Source: an uncultured Bacteroidales bacterium (GTDB lineage: Bacteria > Bacteroidota > Bacteroidia > Bacteroidales > UBA10428). From it: a stretch of 64,000 bases of DNA. Positions 40,291 through 49,360 of the stretch are shown piece after piece (within the stretch, counting starts at the first letter, position 1; every line of letters starts with the position of its first letter). The stretch spans positions 62,438 through 126,437 of the forward strand of contig CAZFQS010000001.1 in the NCBI GenBank assembly GCA_964521285.1, given 5' to 3'. The notes under the pieces were generated by a model, which made no database searches, had not been told where the DNA came from, and saw only the letters and a program-made list of their open reading frames with translations. Made by a program: the position numbers and the translations under genes.

Positions 40291-40983
40291 ATGCCTGTAA
40301 AAGCTGTTTATGAAGATTTGGGAATTATTGATTACAAAAAGGCCTGGGATTACCAGGAGAAATTACATCAGGAAATTGTTAATATAAAATCCGGTAAAAT
40401 AAACAAAGAAATAACTAACAAGATTATCTTCTGCGAACATCCGCATGTTTATACTCTCGGCAGGAGTGGTAAGGAAAATAATCTCCTGATAAATGACAGT
40501 ATCCTGAATTCAATAAATGCAACTTATTACAGAACAAACCGGGGTGGAGATATAACTTATCACGGGCCGGGACAAATCGTAGGCTATCCTATATTTGATC
40601 TGGAACAGCTGAAGCTGGGCGCAAAAAGCTATATTTTCAAATTAGAGGAATCAATTATTAAAGTCCTTAAAGATTATAACATCTCCGCTAAGAGAATTAA
40701 AGGGGCAACTGGTGTCTGGATTGATTCAAAAAGTGAGGGAAATCTCAAAAAGATATGTGCAATTGGTATACGAATAAGCAAATTCATTACAATGCATGGA
40801 TTTGCACTAAATGTAACCACTGATCTTAAATATTTTAACTATATAAACCCCTGTGGTTATACTGATAAGGGAGTTACTTCCATAAAATATGAAATTGGCT
40901 ATTCACCCGCAATTGAAGAAGTTAAGAAGAAAATCTTAGACCATATTATAAATGAGTTCGAAATTCACTTACTTTATTTTTAA
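40291..40983 (+). CDS. lipB: Lipoyl(octanoyl) transferase
   Basis: CEHPHVYTLG, RGGDITYHGPGQIVGYP, KICAIG, TMHGFALNV, INPCG. Confidence 0.96.
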   Translation: MPVKAVYEDLGIIDYKKAWDYQEKLHQEIVNIKSGKINKEITNKIIFCEHPHVYTLGRSGKENNLLINDSILNSINATYYRTNRGGDITYHGPGQIVGYPIFDLEQLKLGAKSYIFKLEESIIKVLKDYNISAKRIKGATGVWIDSKSEGNLKKICAIGIRISKFITMHGFALNVTTDLKYFNYINPCGYTDKGVTSIKYEIGYSPAIEEVKKKILDHIINEFEIHLLYF

Positions 40984-41045
40984 TACTTCTAATTTAAATT
41001 TTAAATTTACATTAAAATATATCTTCTCATAGCTTGTCAATTAGT

Positions 41046-42761
41046 ATGGAAAAAGTCTGGAAAATAAAAGAAAACGGATACGATTCAGCTATAGATAAAC
41101 TGTCAGATGAACTGAATATTGATGCTGTACTATCAACATTGCTGGTCCAGCGCGGAATAAGAACATTTGACCAGGCAAAGGCTTTTTTCCTTCCGGATAT
41201 ATTAAACCTTTATGATCCTTTCCTTATGAAGGATATGAGTGAAGCAGTGGAAAGAATTGAAAAAGCAATGATCCAGGGAGAGAAAATACTGGTGTATGGA
41301 GACTATGATGTTGATGGTACCACATCAGTAGCAATGGTATATTCGTTTTTCAGCAAGTATTATGATAAGCTGTATTATTATATCCCTGACCGCTACAATG
41401 AAGGTTACGGTATTTCTTATAAAGGTATCGAATATGCTGAACTTAACAGGATCAAATTAATCATCGCTCTGGATTGCGGAATAAAGGCAATTGATAAAAT
41501 CAAATATGCCAGAGACAAAGGAATTGATTTTATTGTGTGTGATCATCATACTCCGGGACCGAACTTACCTAAGGCAGTTGCCGTTCTTGACCCTGAAAGA
41601 AAGGATTGCAACTATCCTTTTAAATATTTATCAGGTTGTGGCGTAGGCTTCAAATTATTACATGCCTATTCAATAAAAAATAATATTTCTTTTGATGAAC
41701 TTTTACAATATCTTGATCTGGTAGCTGTAAGCATTGCTTCTGATATTGTTCCCCTGATTGATGAAAATCGTATACTTTCATATCACGGACTAAAAAAACT
41801 GAATAAAGATCCCTGTGTTGGCTTAAAAGCTATTATTTGTATTGCCGGACTTGAAGACAAACCCATTAATGTTGATGATATTGTTTTTAAGATAGGGCCA
41901 AGAATTAATGCTGCAGGAAGAATTGAATCCGGGAAACAGGCTGTTGACTTGTTAATTTCTGAAGATGAGGAAGAGGCAATTTTGCATTGCAAAAAGATTA
42001 ATTCCTACAACCAGGCAAGAAGAAATATTGATAAAAATATTACCGAAGAAGCGTTAAAAGAGATAGAAAGCTACGGTAATAAATATAAATATTCAACGGT
42101 ACTGTATAACAGGAACTGGCATAAAGGTGTGGTTGGTATTGTTGCTTCACGCTTAATTGAATCATTTTACAGGCCTACAATAATTCTTACTGAATCAAAC
42201 GGTTTTGCTACAGGTTCTGCCCGTTCGGTTATCGGATTTGATCTTTATAAAGCAATAAGTGAATGTGCCAATCTGCTGGAAAGTTTCGGAGGACACACAT
42301 ATGCTGCCGGACTGACACTTAAAATAAATAATGTACAAAGATTAAGGGACAGGTTTGAAGAAATAGTTAAAAATGCTATTAATCCGGATCAACTTATTCC
42401 CCAGATCGAAATTGACACAGAACTTAATTTAAAAAATATCACTCCCGCCTTTTTTAAAGTCTTAAAACAATTTGAACCCTTTGGTCCGAATAATGTGAAT
42501 CCCGTTTTCTTTGCTGAAAATGTTGTGGATAATGGCACCGGCAAGATTGTGGGTTCAGGTGAGGAGCATCTTAAACTAAGTCTGATCCAGGAGGAGGAAC
42601 CATATAATGTCTTTCCGGCTATAGCTTTCAACCAGGCTCATCATTATGAAAAAATAAGTAAGGGACTGGGCTTCGATATTGCATATACATTAAATGAAAA
42701 CCATTTCAGAGGAGTAACCACTATCCAGCTAAATATTAAGGATATCAAAGTTGATGAGTGA
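41046..42761 (+). CDS. recJ: Single-stranded DNA exonuclease RecJ
   Basis: YGDYDVDG, ALDCG, DHH (VCDHH), PRINAAGR, GSARS, GGHTYAAG, EPFGPNN. ATG at 41046 preferred over the TTG at 41034. Confidence 0.96.
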   Translation: MEKVWKIKENGYDSAIDKLSDELNIDAVLSTLLVQRGIRTFDQAKAFFLPDILNLYDPFLMKDMSEAVERIEKAMIQGEKILVYGDYDVDGTTSVAMVYSFFSKYYDKLYYYIPDRYNEGYGISYKGIEYAELNRIKLIIALDCGIKAIDKIKYARDKGIDFIVCDHHTPGPNLPKAVAVLDPERKDCNYPFKYLSGCGVGFKLLHAYSIKNNISFDELLQYLDLVAVSIASDIVPLIDENRILSYHGLKKLNKDPCVGLKAIICIAGLEDKPINVDDIVFKIGPRINAAGRIESGKQAVDLLISEDEEEAILHCKKINSYNQARRNIDKNITEEALKEIESYGNKYKYSTVLYNRNWHKGVVGIVASRLIESFYRPTIILTESNGFATGSARSVIGFDLYKAISECANLLESFGGHTYAAGLTLKINNVQRLRDRFEEIVKNAINPDQLIPQIEIDTELNLKNITPAFFKVLKQFEPFGPNNVNPVFFAENVVDNGTGKIVGSGEEHLKLSLIQEEEPYNVFPAIAFNQAHHYEKISKGLGFDIAYTLNENHFRGVTTIQLNIKDIKVDE

Positions 42762-42774
42762 AAAGTTAATCAAC

Positions 42775-43266
42775 TTAAGTCATTTCCCTGAGTACATCCA
42801 CTGATATATTTTTTAATTTTTCAGTTATCACTTTTAACTGGTCTGGCCTCAGCCTCTCGCGTTTATGGCTGTCAAGAATATTATCAATATTATATTTTAA
42901 CCTGGGGTACCAGTCTCCGGGATGAGGAAGATCTCCCGGTTTTCTGGGTATAATATGAATATGCATATGTGCAATTGACTGCCCGGCTTCATCCCTTTCC
43001 TGTAATGTCCAGTTGAATGCTTCAGTACCAAATGCCTTTGACAATATTTTAATCACTGATCTGCTGAATTTTATAAATTCAAATAATTCTTCATCTGTTA
43101 ACTCAAAAAAACTTGTGATGTGCTTTTTTGGTATGACTAACGTATGGCCAGGTAATATTGGAGCTATATTATAAACAGCAATGAAACTTTCATTTTCAAA
43201 AAAAGATAAATCCTTAATTCCGGATGTACAAAAGGGACAATCAATATTATTTTCTCTTTCCGGCAT
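42775..43266 (-). CDS. HIT-family nucleotide hydrolase
   Basis: CPFC, PGHTLVIPKKH, AGQSIAHMHIHIIPR (HxHxH). Confidence 0.93.
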   Translation of the reverse strand: MPERENNIDCPFCTSGIKDLSFFENESFIAVYNIAPILPGHTLVIPKKHITSFFELTDEELFEFIKFSRSVIKILSKAFGTEAFNWTLQERDEAGQSIAHMHIHIIPRKPGDLPHPGDWYPRLKYNIDNILDSHKRERLRPDQLKVITEKLKNISVDVLREMT

Positions 43267-43306
43267 CGTTTACACTTTTATATTATTGCCTTATAAAGGT
43301 AACCAT

Positions 43307-43354
43307 TAATACAGCAATAAAACAATAGAGCAATAGAGTAATAGAGCAATAGAA
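43307..43354. repeat. Tandem octamer array 2 (6 units), abutting the gltD stop codon
   Basis: TAATACAG CAATAAAA CAATAGAG CAATAGAG TAATAGAG CAATAGAA. Confidence 0.88.
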
Positions 43355-44782
43355 TTATTTCATTAAATAGCGGTTAATCTCTTTTGCTGCCTCACGTCCC
43401 TGATAAATTGCCCTGACTACCAATGAAGCTCCGAGGGAAGCGTCGCCGGCAGCAAAAACTCCCGGGACATTTGTTGTATAGCTGTTGTTTATATTAATAT
43501 TACCTTTCCCGTCAAACACTATTCCAAGATGCTTTAAAAGCCTGTTATGCTCTGTATGTAAAAATCCCATCGCAAGGAAAACCATATCTACATCTAATGT
43601 AAAATCTGACCCGGGCGCTTCAACCATCTTCATTTTTTTTGTTGCTTCATTCATTTTCCAGTCGACTTTTGCACAATGCACCCTTTCAAGCTTGATGCCA
43701 CTTCCTGCAAATTTCTTCGTAAGAATACTCCATTCTCTTTTACATCCTTCTTCCTGTGATGTCGAGGTTCGCAAGATCGCTGGCCACCCGGGCCATTCCG
43801 GATTCCAGTCTTCTTTCCATATTCTTGGTTTCGGTAAAATCTCAAACTGGTATACTTCTTTTGCCCCCTGTCTGTTTGCCATTCCTACACAATCGGAACC
43901 TGTATCTCCTCCGCCAATAACAAGAACAATCTTATCCCTGGCATTGATAATTTCATGCTCCTTCAATTCACCGGCAATATATTTATTTGATTTCTTCAGG
44001 TAATCCATCGCAAAATAAATTCCTTCAAATCCCCTGCCCTGTATATCCAGATTTCTGGGCTCACCTGCACCGGCAGCCAGAAGAATTGCATCAAATGTTT
44101 TTCTTAAGTAGTGGGCAGACAGGTCTTCCCCGATAACAACATCGGTCTCAAATTCTATCCCTTCCTGCTCCATTTGTTCTATTCTTCTGTCAATTACCCA
44201 CTTTTCCAGCTTAAAATCCGGTATCCCGTATCTGAGAAGTCCTCCTGCTTTATAGTCTTTTTCAAATACGACCACTTTATGTCCGCTGCGTCTTAATTGC
44301 TGGGCAGCAGAGAGTCCGGCCGGCCCTGATCCTATAACAGCAACCTTTTTACCTGTCTCAGTAAAAGGATGTTTAGGTTCAACCCAGCCTTTTTTAAATG
44401 CATTCTCAATTATTGCAAGCTCAATTTGTTTGATTGTAACCGGACTGGTATTTATTGAAAGCGTGCATGCACTTTCGCAGGGGGCAGGGCACACTCTTCC
44501 CGTTATTTCCGGAAGATTATTTGTTTTTTCAAGCTGCTCGTAAGCCTCGCGCCAGTTATTCCTGTAAACCAAATCATTCCAGTCCGGTATCAGGTTGAAT
44601 ACAGGACAGCCGACCGAATGGCAAAAAGGAATACCACAATCCATACACCTCGCGCCCTGATTACGCAGTTCCTGTTCCGACCGAAGAATAATAAACTCAT
44701 TATAATTCTTAACCCGTTCTTCTTTCTTTTTATAAGAATAGTCTTTTCTCGTATAGTCAATAAATCCTGTTATTTTACCCAT
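43355..44782 (-). CDS. gltD: Glutamate synthase small subunit
   Basis: MGKITGF start (ATG 44782, after GAGGAGG), ARCMDCGIPFC, TGRVCPAPCE, GSGPAGL, GGGDTGSDC, FAAGD. Confidence 0.96.
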   Translation of the reverse strand: MGKITGFIDYTRKDYSYKKKEERVKNYNEFIILRSEQELRNQGARCMDCGIPFCHSVGCPVFNLIPDWNDLVYRNNWREAYEQLEKTNNLPEITGRVCPAPCESACTLSINTSPVTIKQIELAIIENAFKKGWVEPKHPFTETGKKVAVIGSGPAGLSAAQQLRRSGHKVVVFEKDYKAGGLLRYGIPDFKLEKWVIDRRIEQMEQEGIEFETDVVIGEDLSAHYLRKTFDAILLAAGAGEPRNLDIQGRGFEGIYFAMDYLKKSNKYIAGELKEHEIINARDKIVLVIGGGDTGSDCVGMANRQGAKEVYQFEILPKPRIWKEDWNPEWPGWPAILRTSTSQEEGCKREWSILTKKFAGSGIKLERVHCAKVDWKMNEATKKMKMVEAPGSDFTLDVDMVFLAMGFLHTEHNRLLKHLGIVFDGKGNININNSYTTNVPGVFAAGDASLGASLVVRAIYQGREAAKEINRYLMK

Positions 44783-44783
44783 T

Positions 44784-47700
44784 TTAATAAACCTCCTCTG
44801 TGAGTGAAACAACTTCCGTATCTTTTGATTCTGCTTTTTTAATTCTCTCAAGTGCTTTTTTATAGTCTATTGGCATGACTTTAACAAATTGTGGCTGTAT
44901 TTCAGTCCAGTCTCTTAATAAACCTTGAGCATATTCGCTGCCAGTATACTTGATATGATTACTAATCAAAGTATATAGTCTTTTATGGTCCGCCTTTCCC
45001 ACAACCGGCTCAACATCAATCATTTCAAGATTACATTTTGTATCAAAAAGCTGGTCCTGGTCGAGTACATACGCTATCCCTCCGCTCATGCCCGCACCGA
45101 AATTTATTCCTGTTTTCCCCAGTATAACTACAACGCCCCCTGTCATATATTCACATCCATGATCACCAATTCCCTCAACAACAGCCACAGCTCCGGAGTT
45201 TCTGACTGCAAATCTCTCTCCTGCCATTCCGTTAATATAAACTTCACCACGGGTAGCTCCAAAAAGGCTGACATTACCTATTATTATATTATTTTGAGGC
45301 CTGAACTGGGAGTTTTTAGGGGGATATACAACAATTTTGCCTCCTGACAGCCCCTTGCCAAGATAATCATTACATTCTCCTTCAAGTTCAAAAGTAATAC
45401 CAGCTGCAAGAAATGCCCCAAAACTTTGTCCTGCGGCTCCGGTAAACTTACAGTTTATGGTATTTTCAGGCATTCCTTTTGAACCATATCTTTTTGAGAC
45501 CTCGGCACTCAGGGTTGCTCCTACAGCACGGTTTGAATTAGCTATAGAGGCGAACATATTTATACATTGCATATTTTCCAGTGCATTTCCTGATTTTTCT
45601 ATAAGTTCAATGTCAATTGTATTTGAGAGATCATATTTGTTTGAAGAGATGAAATGGAGTTTGTTTTTCTTATTCGTTAATGGTACTGTTAGTATTTTTG
45701 AGAAATCCAGCTCTTTTGTTTTCCAGTTACCTGATAGGTTATCAGCTTCCATTATATCAGCCTGACCAATCATTTCATTGAAAGTGCGAAAACCGAGTTC
45801 AGCCATTATTTCCCGTACGTCGCGTGCAACAAATCTCATAAAATTCATAAGATATTCCGGCTTACCCGTAAATCTCTTCCTTAATTCAGGATTCTGAGTT
45901 GCAACTCCTACCGGACATGTGTTAAGGTGGCACTTTCTCATCATTATGCATCCCATTGTTATCAGGGCAGTCGTACCAAATCCGAACTCATCAGCCCCGA
46001 GAAGGGCTCCTATAACCACATCTCTTCCCGTATGTAATTTTCCGTCAACCTGAACACGTACACGATTTCTTAATTTATTAATTACCAGTGTTTGCTGGGT
46101 TTCTGCCAGTCCCATTTCCCAGGGTATACCTGCATGCTTTATGGACGATACGGGTGATGCCCCTGTTCCTCCATCATGTCCGCTAATCAATACCATATCG
46201 GCTCCTCCTTTTGCCACACCTGCAGCTATTGTCCCTACGCCCACCTCTGCTACAAGTTTAACGGATACCTTAACATCAGGATTTGCACTTTTTAAATCAA
46301 AAATAAGTTCTGATAAGTCCTCTATAGAATAAATATCATGATGTGGAGGCGGAGATATCAACATCACACCCGGTATAGAATGCCTCACTCTGGCAACATT
46401 AATGTCAACCTTATGTCCGGGTAGCTGCCCTCCTTCACCGGGCTTGGCCCCCTGGGCCATTTTAATCTGTAATTCCCTGGAATTAACAAGATAGTTGCTT
46501 GTTACCCCGAATCTTGCGGAAGCAATCTGCTTGATCATGCTTTTGGAAATATCACCGTTGGGCAGAGTATTATATCTCCCTTCATCTTCTCCCCCTTCAC
46601 CGGAATTACTTGCTGCACCGAGCCTGTTCATTGCAATGGCTATTGTTTCATGAGCTTCTTTACTTATTGATCCGAATGACATCGCAGAACTTACAAACCG
46701 TTTAATAATTGATTTCTCAGATTCAACTTCCTCAATTGGAACAGCCTCTCTTTTCTTAAATTTGAATAATCCTCGCAGTGTGCAAAGATTTTTTATTTTA
46801 TTATTAATCAGTTCAGCATACTCTTTATAAAGCGAATAATCATTTTCTCTTACTGCTTTTTGTAATAGTATTACAACCTCTGGTGATATAATGTGTTTTT
46901 CAGAAAAGCTCCTGTAATGAATATTTCCTCCTGACTCCAGTCCGTTTGACCGGTTATTTCTGTTGTACGCATTTCTGTGGCGATTTAGGCATTCTTCAAA
47001 AATATGAGTTAATCCAATGCCCCCTATTCTTGAGGGTGTACCTGGAAAATATTTGTTAATCATAGCCGAATTCAGTCCGATTGCCTCAAACAGCTGGGCC
47101 CCACGATAACTTCTTATTGTTGAAACTCCCATTTTCGACATAATCTTAAGCAGTCCTTTCTTAATAGCAGTAATGTAATTATCTATGGCAGTTTCCAGTT
47201 TGATTTCTTCAGAAATTTTCCCTTTGGCTTTGAGATCAGCAACAGTTTCAAAAGCTAAATATGGATTTACAGCACTTGCTCCAAATCCTATCAGAAGAGC
47301 AAAGTGCATTACTTCCCTTGCCTCTCCTGTTTCAACCACGAGACCGGCTAACTGCCTTTTCCCTTTACTTACAAGGTAATGATGTATAGCTGACGTAGCA
47401 AGAAGAGCAGGTACAGGTATGTTATTTTCATCCACTCCCCTGTCACTTAAAATTATCAGTGAATAGCCTTCATCAACCTTCCTTACTACTTCATCACATA
47501 TTTTTTTAATGGCTTTTTCAATATTCTTCCCGTTTTCTTTTACATTAAATATAATCGGGACAGTTGCTGTACGGAAATCCTCAATTGTAACATTACGCAG
47601 TTTATCAACATCTTCATTTGTCAGTATGGGATGCTGCAGTTTTAACTGATGACAGTGAAGCGGAGTTTCTTCAAGTAAATTCCTCTCCTTTCCTATATAA

Positions 47701-49316
47701 CTCATTAATGACATTACCAGGTTTTCACGATATGGATCAATAGGCGGATTTGTTACCTGGGCAAAAAGTTGTTTGAAATAGTTATAAAGAAGTTGCGGAT
47801 GTTCCGATAATACAGCAAGAGCGGTATCATTTCCCATGGAGCCCACCGGTTCTTGCGAATTTTCAGCCATGGGAGTAATTATCATGTTTATATCTTCGAG
47901 CGTATATCTGAATACTTTTTGCAGTAAATTCAGAAAACCGGGTTCCGTAATCACCGGGCCCGGCGGCTGAAAGAGCCCTCTTAACTCTATACGGTTTTGC
48001 TCCAGCCACCTTCTGTAAGGTTTCCTGCGGGAAATGGTCGATTTAACTTCATTATCGTATATGATTCTTTTTTTCTGTGTATCAACAAGTATCATTTTGC
48101 CCGGAGAAAGATGTCCTTTCTGCAGTACATCCTCGGGTTGAATTTCCAGTACACCGAACTCAGAGGCCATTATCAGTCTTCCGCTTTTTGTTATAGTATA
48201 CCTGGCTGGTCTGAGTCCGTTTCTGTCAAGCGCTGCCCCTACTTTAACGCCATCGGTAAAAATTAAAGCAGCCGGGCCATCCCATGGCTCCATTAAAGCT
48301 GAATGATACTCATAAAACGCACGTTTATCTTCACTTATATGATATTTGCTGCCAAAAGCCTCAGGAACCATCATCATCATTGAATGTTCAAGTGAAAAGC
48401 CACTTTGAAATAAAAGCTCATAAACATTGTCAAAAATTCCCGAGTCACTTAAATCAGTATTAATTACTGGTAAGAGTCTTCTGGTATCCTCACCGAAAAG
48501 ATCTGAGGATATTGTCTTTTCCCGGGCTTTCATTTTATTAATGTTCCCGCGCAAAGTATTAATCTCCCCGTTGTGGGCTATATATCTGAAGGGCTGCGCC
48601 AGTGGCCATGACGGGAAGGTATTTGTACTATAACGCTGATGAACAATAATAATGGCACTTTGAAAATCCTTATCTTTCAAATCAAGATAAAATTCTTCAA
48701 ACTGGGGTGCCACAAATAATCCTTTATATATAATAGTATTAGATGAAAATGAAGGTATATAGAACTCATCTATGGATATTCCTGATTCTGATACTTCATT
48801 CTCTATAATCCGGCGGACAACATATAATTTTCTTTCAAGTTCAATGCCTGATAAAGAGGGAAATTCCACAAATACCTGGCAGATGTATGGCATTGAATCC
48901 ATGGCTGTTCTGCCTAAACAACCCGGACATGTAGGAACATCTCTCCACCCTAATATTTTTCCTCCTTCTTTATAAATTATATCCTCAATTAAAGCAATCA
49001 CCTTTTTCCTGACACTATTATCATGCGGAAGAAACAGCATACCTGCTCCGTATTCACCGGCCGCAGGGAGGTTAAACTTTTGTTTAGCGGCTTCCTTTAG
49101 CAGAAAAGAATGGGGTAACTGTATCAGTATACCTGCCCCATCCCCGGTCTTAAGATCACCGCCTGTTGCCCCTCGATGTACCAGATTCTTTAATATTGTT
49201 ATTCCATCAGTTATTAGCTGATGGGAAGGTTGTCCGTTTATAGTAGCAATAAATCCTACCCCACAACCGTCATGTTCGTAAAAGGGATCATATAAACCTG
49301 CTTTCTCCATACTCAA
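44784..49316 (-). CDS. gltB: Glutamate synthase large subunit
   Basis: EHDGCGVGF (Ntn Cys), HQRYSTNTFPSW, HNGEINT, EPWDGPA, SNSGEGG, QGAKPGEGGQLPG, CIMMRKCHLNTC [3Fe-4S], GXGXG domain. Confidence 0.98.
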   Translation of the reverse strand: MSMEKAGLYDPFYEHDGCGVGFIATINGQPSHQLITDGITILKNLVHRGATGGDLKTGDGAGILIQLPHSFLLKEAAKQKFNLPAAGEYGAGMLFLPHDNSVRKKVIALIEDIIYKEGGKILGWRDVPTCPGCLGRTAMDSMPYICQVFVEFPSLSGIELERKLYVVRRIIENEVSESGISIDEFYIPSFSSNTIIYKGLFVAPQFEEFYLDLKDKDFQSAIIIVHQRYSTNTFPSWPLAQPFRYIAHNGEINTLRGNINKMKAREKTISSDLFGEDTRRLLPVINTDLSDSGIFDNVYELLFQSGFSLEHSMMMMVPEAFGSKYHISEDKRAFYEYHSALMEPWDGPAALIFTDGVKVGAALDRNGLRPARYTITKSGRLIMASEFGVLEIQPEDVLQKGHLSPGKMILVDTQKKRIIYDNEVKSTISRRKPYRRWLEQNRIELRGLFQPPGPVITEPGFLNLLQKVFRYTLEDINMIITPMAENSQEPVGSMGNDTALAVLSEHPQLLYNYFKQLFAQVTNPPIDPYRENLVMSLMSYIGKERNLLEETPLHCHQLKLQHPILTNEDVDKLRNVTIEDFRTATVPIIFNVKENGKNIEKAIKKICDEVVRKVDEGYSLIILSDRGVDENNIPVPALLATSAIHHYLVSKGKRQLAGLVVETGEAREVMHFALLIGFGASAVNPYLAFETVADLKAKGKISEEIKLETAIDNYITAIKKGLLKIMSKMGVSTIRSYRGAQLFEAIGLNSAMINKYFPGTPSRIGGIGLTHIFEECLNRHRNAYNRNNRSNGLESGGNIHYRSFSEKHIISPEVVILLQKAVRENDYSLYKEYAELINNKIKNLCTLRGLFKFKKREAVPIEEVESEKSIIKRFVSSAMSFGSISKEAHETIAIAMNRLGAASNSGEGGEDEGRYNTLPNGDISKSMIKQIASARFGVTSNYLVNSRELQIKMAQGAKPGEGGQLPGHKVDINVARVRHSIPGVMLISPPPHHDIYSIEDLSELIFDLKSANPDVKVSVKLVAEVGVGTIAAGVAKGGADMVLISGHDGGTGASPVSSIKHAGIPWEMGLAETQQTLVINKLRNRVRVQVDGKLHTGRDVVIGALLGADEFGFGTTALITMGCIMMRKCHLNTCPVGVATQNPELRKRFTGKPEYLMNFMRFVARDVREIMAELGFRTFNEMIGQADIMEADNLSGNWKTKELDFSKILTVPLTNKKNKLHFISSNKYDLSNTIDIELIEKSGNALENMQCINMFASIANSNRAVGATLSAEVSKRYGSKGMPENTINCKFTGAAGQSFGAFLAAGITFELEGECNDYLGKGLSGGKIVVYPPKNSQFRPQNNIIIGNVSLFGATRGEVYINGMAGERFAVRNSGAVAVVEGIGDHGCEYMTGGVVVILGKTGINFGAGMSGGIAYVLDQDQLFDTKCNLEMIDVEPVVGKADHKRLYTLISNHIKYTGSEYAQGLLRDWTEIQPQFVKVMPIDYKKALERIKKAESKDTEVVSLTEEVY

Positions 49317-49360
49317 GCTATCTGAATTAAAAAATTATTACTTATTTCGCAGGGTTGGGA